This document shows positions 61,501-64,000 of a stretch of 64,000 nt of DNA, piece by piece. Source of the stretch: Anaeramoeba ignava BMAN (taxonomy: Eukaryota; Protista; Anaeramoebae). The position numbers and the translations under genes were made by a program. Below the pieces are notes generated by a model that was given only the letters and a program-made list of their open reading frames with translations, made no database searches and was not told where the DNA came from. The stretch is taken from contig JAPDFW010000058.1 of assembly GCA_028826165.1 (NCBI GenBank), positions 186,001 through 250,000 of the forward strand, given 5' to 3'. Every line of letters begins with the position of its first letter. The stretch's first letter is position 1.

Positions 61501-64000
61501 TCATCAATAAAATTAATAATTTCTTCATTATCTTCATTTGAATTTTCATTTTGAATAAATGAAAGTAAATTTTTAAGTATTGGATAAAAAATTGAATAAA
61601 TATTTTCAATTTGTTTAACTTTTAAAAATATTTCAATTTTTTGTATTAAATAATTTAAAAATTTTTGAATAAATCCAAAATTAAATTTTTTTGTTAATTT
61701 TTTCTTGAATAAAAATTGTTGAAAAATTATTCTTCCATAAAATGTTAAATATTTTGAAAATTTATGGAAAATATTTATAATTTCTTTTCTATATTCTTCA
61801 ATTTTACTTTTTCTAATTGTTCTGAAATGTTTTGTATCATTTTCTTCAATTTCTTCTTCACAAATTGAACATTTTCTTTCATTACTTTTCAAACATAAAT
61901 AAATTGGTTTTTTTTCTTTTTGAGATTTTTTACAAATTTTGATTTTTTTATAATTAATATTTTCTGAAAATAATTCTTCAATTAATTCATTTGTTATTTT
62001 ATTAATCATTAATTCATTTTCAATTTTTTGATAATTATAATTTTCTCGTGTTTTTTTTGGATTTAATTGTTTTAATTGAATTGAAAATTGTTTTTGAAAT
62101 GTTTGAATAATCCATTCATTATAAAGTTTTTCAATTTCTTCTTTTTCAATTTCTTCTTGTTTTTGATTTATTTCAATCCAAAATTCAAATAATTCTTCAA
62201 TATTATCATTTTGAATTATTTCTTCTTTATCTTCTTTTATTTTTTCAATCAATTCTCTTATAAATAATAAAAATGAAAATCTTTTTCTCTTTTCATTTTT
62301 TGTTTTTGTTTTTGTTTTTGTTTTTGTTTTAAAATTAATTAATTTGGAAATAAAAAGTAAATTAATTAATTTTTGATGAATTTTTTCAAAATAAATTTGT
62401 TGAATTTTTTGAAATGAAATTGTTTCTATTTTTTCATTGGATTGTTGTGAATAATAATTTTTGATAATTCTTCTTAAATTAATTTTTAAATTTTGGAAAA
62501 TATTTTCTTGTTCTGGATTAAGAACCAATTTGATAAAATCTTTTAAATATTTTTGAATAATTTCATCATTAAAAGATGAATCAATAAATGGAATAATTTT
62601 GTTTTGTTGAGAAATTGTTTCATTTTGTTGAATTATTGAATAAATTATTGATGAAAATGGGAATTCTTGTTTAATTGTTTTTGTTTTGTAAATTGGATAA
62701 CAAGGAATTTCAAATTGTTGAAATATATTATTCCAAATTTCTTTCATTTTTTCATCTTTTGAATTTAATAAAATTGTTAAATTTTCATTTTGATTTATAT
62801 TTTGGAAAAATATATCAAAAATTTCAATTAAATCTTCTTTAATTTTATCAAATAAAATACTTATAAATTTCTTTTTCTCTTTCTTTTGTTTGAAATTATG
62901 TAAAATATCAAAAATTTCCCATTTAAAATTTTCATGTTTTGATTTAATTGATAATTCAATCATTTCTCTAATTTTTTGGATAATTTGTTTTTCATTTCTT
63001 CATTCTTAAAAAGGTTTTTTTCAATTAATTCTTTTTCTTTTTTGAAATTTTCATTTGTTAAATCTTTTTCTTTTGAAAGAATTATTCCTAAATTTTCTAT
63101 TATTATTTTTTCTATTTGTTTGTTTTTTTGTAAATAATCAAATGATTCTAAAAGATTTTGAGGTAAATTTTTAAGATTAAATAATGTTTCAATTTCTTCA
63201 ATATAATAATGTTCCCAATTTTTTTCAAAATAAAAAGGAAATGATTTAGAATTTGAAGTGAAAGATAAATGAATGAATAATATAATATAAGAGTTCTCTA
63301 TTCTGTTTTGATTATTATTATTATTGTTATTGTTGTTATTATTATTGTTATTGTTGTTGTTTTGAGAAATTATTTGTTCAATTAAAATTTTAATTTGATA
63401 AAATAATTCAATTTGATTTTGTTTGAAATGAATAATTAAAATATTTTTTTCTTTTGGAATATTGGAAATTAATTCTTCATTTTCTTTTTTGATAATTTTA
63501 TCTTTGTTTTGTAAATCTAAAATTTTAAATGAATATTCTGAATATTTTTCTTCAATTTTTCCAATTTCTCTTTTATATCCTCTTGTAAAAATTATTGATT
63601 TTTTCACTTTATTTTTTAAAATTTCTTCATTTAAAAGTTCTTCAAAATTATTGTAAATAGATGAAAAATATTCTTCTTTAATTTGATTAACTTTTTGAAT
63701 TTGTTTTTCTTTTTGTTTTTCTGATAATAATTCTTTAATTTCAATCATTTTTTCAAATTTAAAAAATTGAATAATTTTCTTTTTGATTTTTTTATCTTGA
63801 TCTTTTTCATTTTGATATTTAAGAATAAGTGAAGAAAATGAGTTTTGATTAAATTCAATAATTAAATCTTCTTTTTTAATTTTGTTTTCAGTAAATTTTT
63901 TGATTGGATTTAATATTTTGAATATTTTGGATGATGATTCTTTTGGAATATTAAAAGAAGAAATATCAATTAAATGTTTTTCAAATTGATTTAATAAATT
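58475..64000 (-). CDS. 3' part of a very large RNF213 (mysterin)-like protein, broken into 5 or more ORFs by apparent indels; 5' end lies beyond the window
   Basis: YIILFIHL...WEHYYIEEI, a degenerate RING-like C..C...CSIC, RZ-finger-like CENKH...CEFC, and RKLHPITFRIIRLLIH...ISHIENDL resemble RNF213 C-terminal blocks (from recollection). The ORFs abut or overlap in different frames. Confidence 0.55.

Noticed and set aside
19313-64000. Functional ubiquitin gene cluster (DCN1, BTB adaptors, USP, RNF213-like) or DNA-repair pair (NSE3-MSH2)
   Set aside because: The genes are interspersed with unrelated ones and these families are large; there is no synteny evidence available to support clustering.
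1-64000. Alternative genetic code, tRNA/rRNA genes, transposase or RT elements
   Set aside because: Conserved proteins translate with the standard code and stop at TAA/TGA. No structured RNA gene or transposon ORF was recognised by eye.

Overview
This is extremely AT-rich, gene-dense, intron-containing eukaryotic nuclear DNA in the standard genetic code with GT-AG introns. A hexamer microsatellite family (AAAATT/AAAATC/AAAATG) fills introns and spacers and encodes (NQ/NE)n tracts in proteins. The overall style suggests an anaerobic protist such as Anaeramoeba (inference): a nuclear intein, RCC1-BTB expansions, an RNF213-like gene and TCATTT initiator-like motifs. Genes in order: two tandem ABCG half-transporters; a ~1900-aa receptor-like protein (beta-helix, Cys-rich, ~12 FN3, TM, RasGAP); a divergent actin; DDX18/HAS1; Tim10; CIA2/FAM96B; DCN1; a large uncharacterised multi-exon gene; an inverted array of RCC1-BTB paralogs flanking a probable GPI-anchored beta-propeller gene; a USP deubiquitinase; a TOM1/GPR137-like membrane protein; a VIT-vWA protein with WASP-like CRIB, acidic and proline motifs; NSE3/MAGE; MSH2; and the 3' part of an RNF213-like gene. 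The main highlight is a 447-aa intein with a degenerate LAGLIDADG domain inserted in the Walker A motif (GK|S) of nuclear MSH2. Other highlights are the transmembrane FN3-RasGAP receptor, the WASP-like cassette in the VIT-vWA protein, and the hypervariable, mosaic RCC1-BTB array. Several single-base frameshifts in A/T homopolymers are most likely sequencing errors. All exon boundaries were inferred by eye, and no searches were run.
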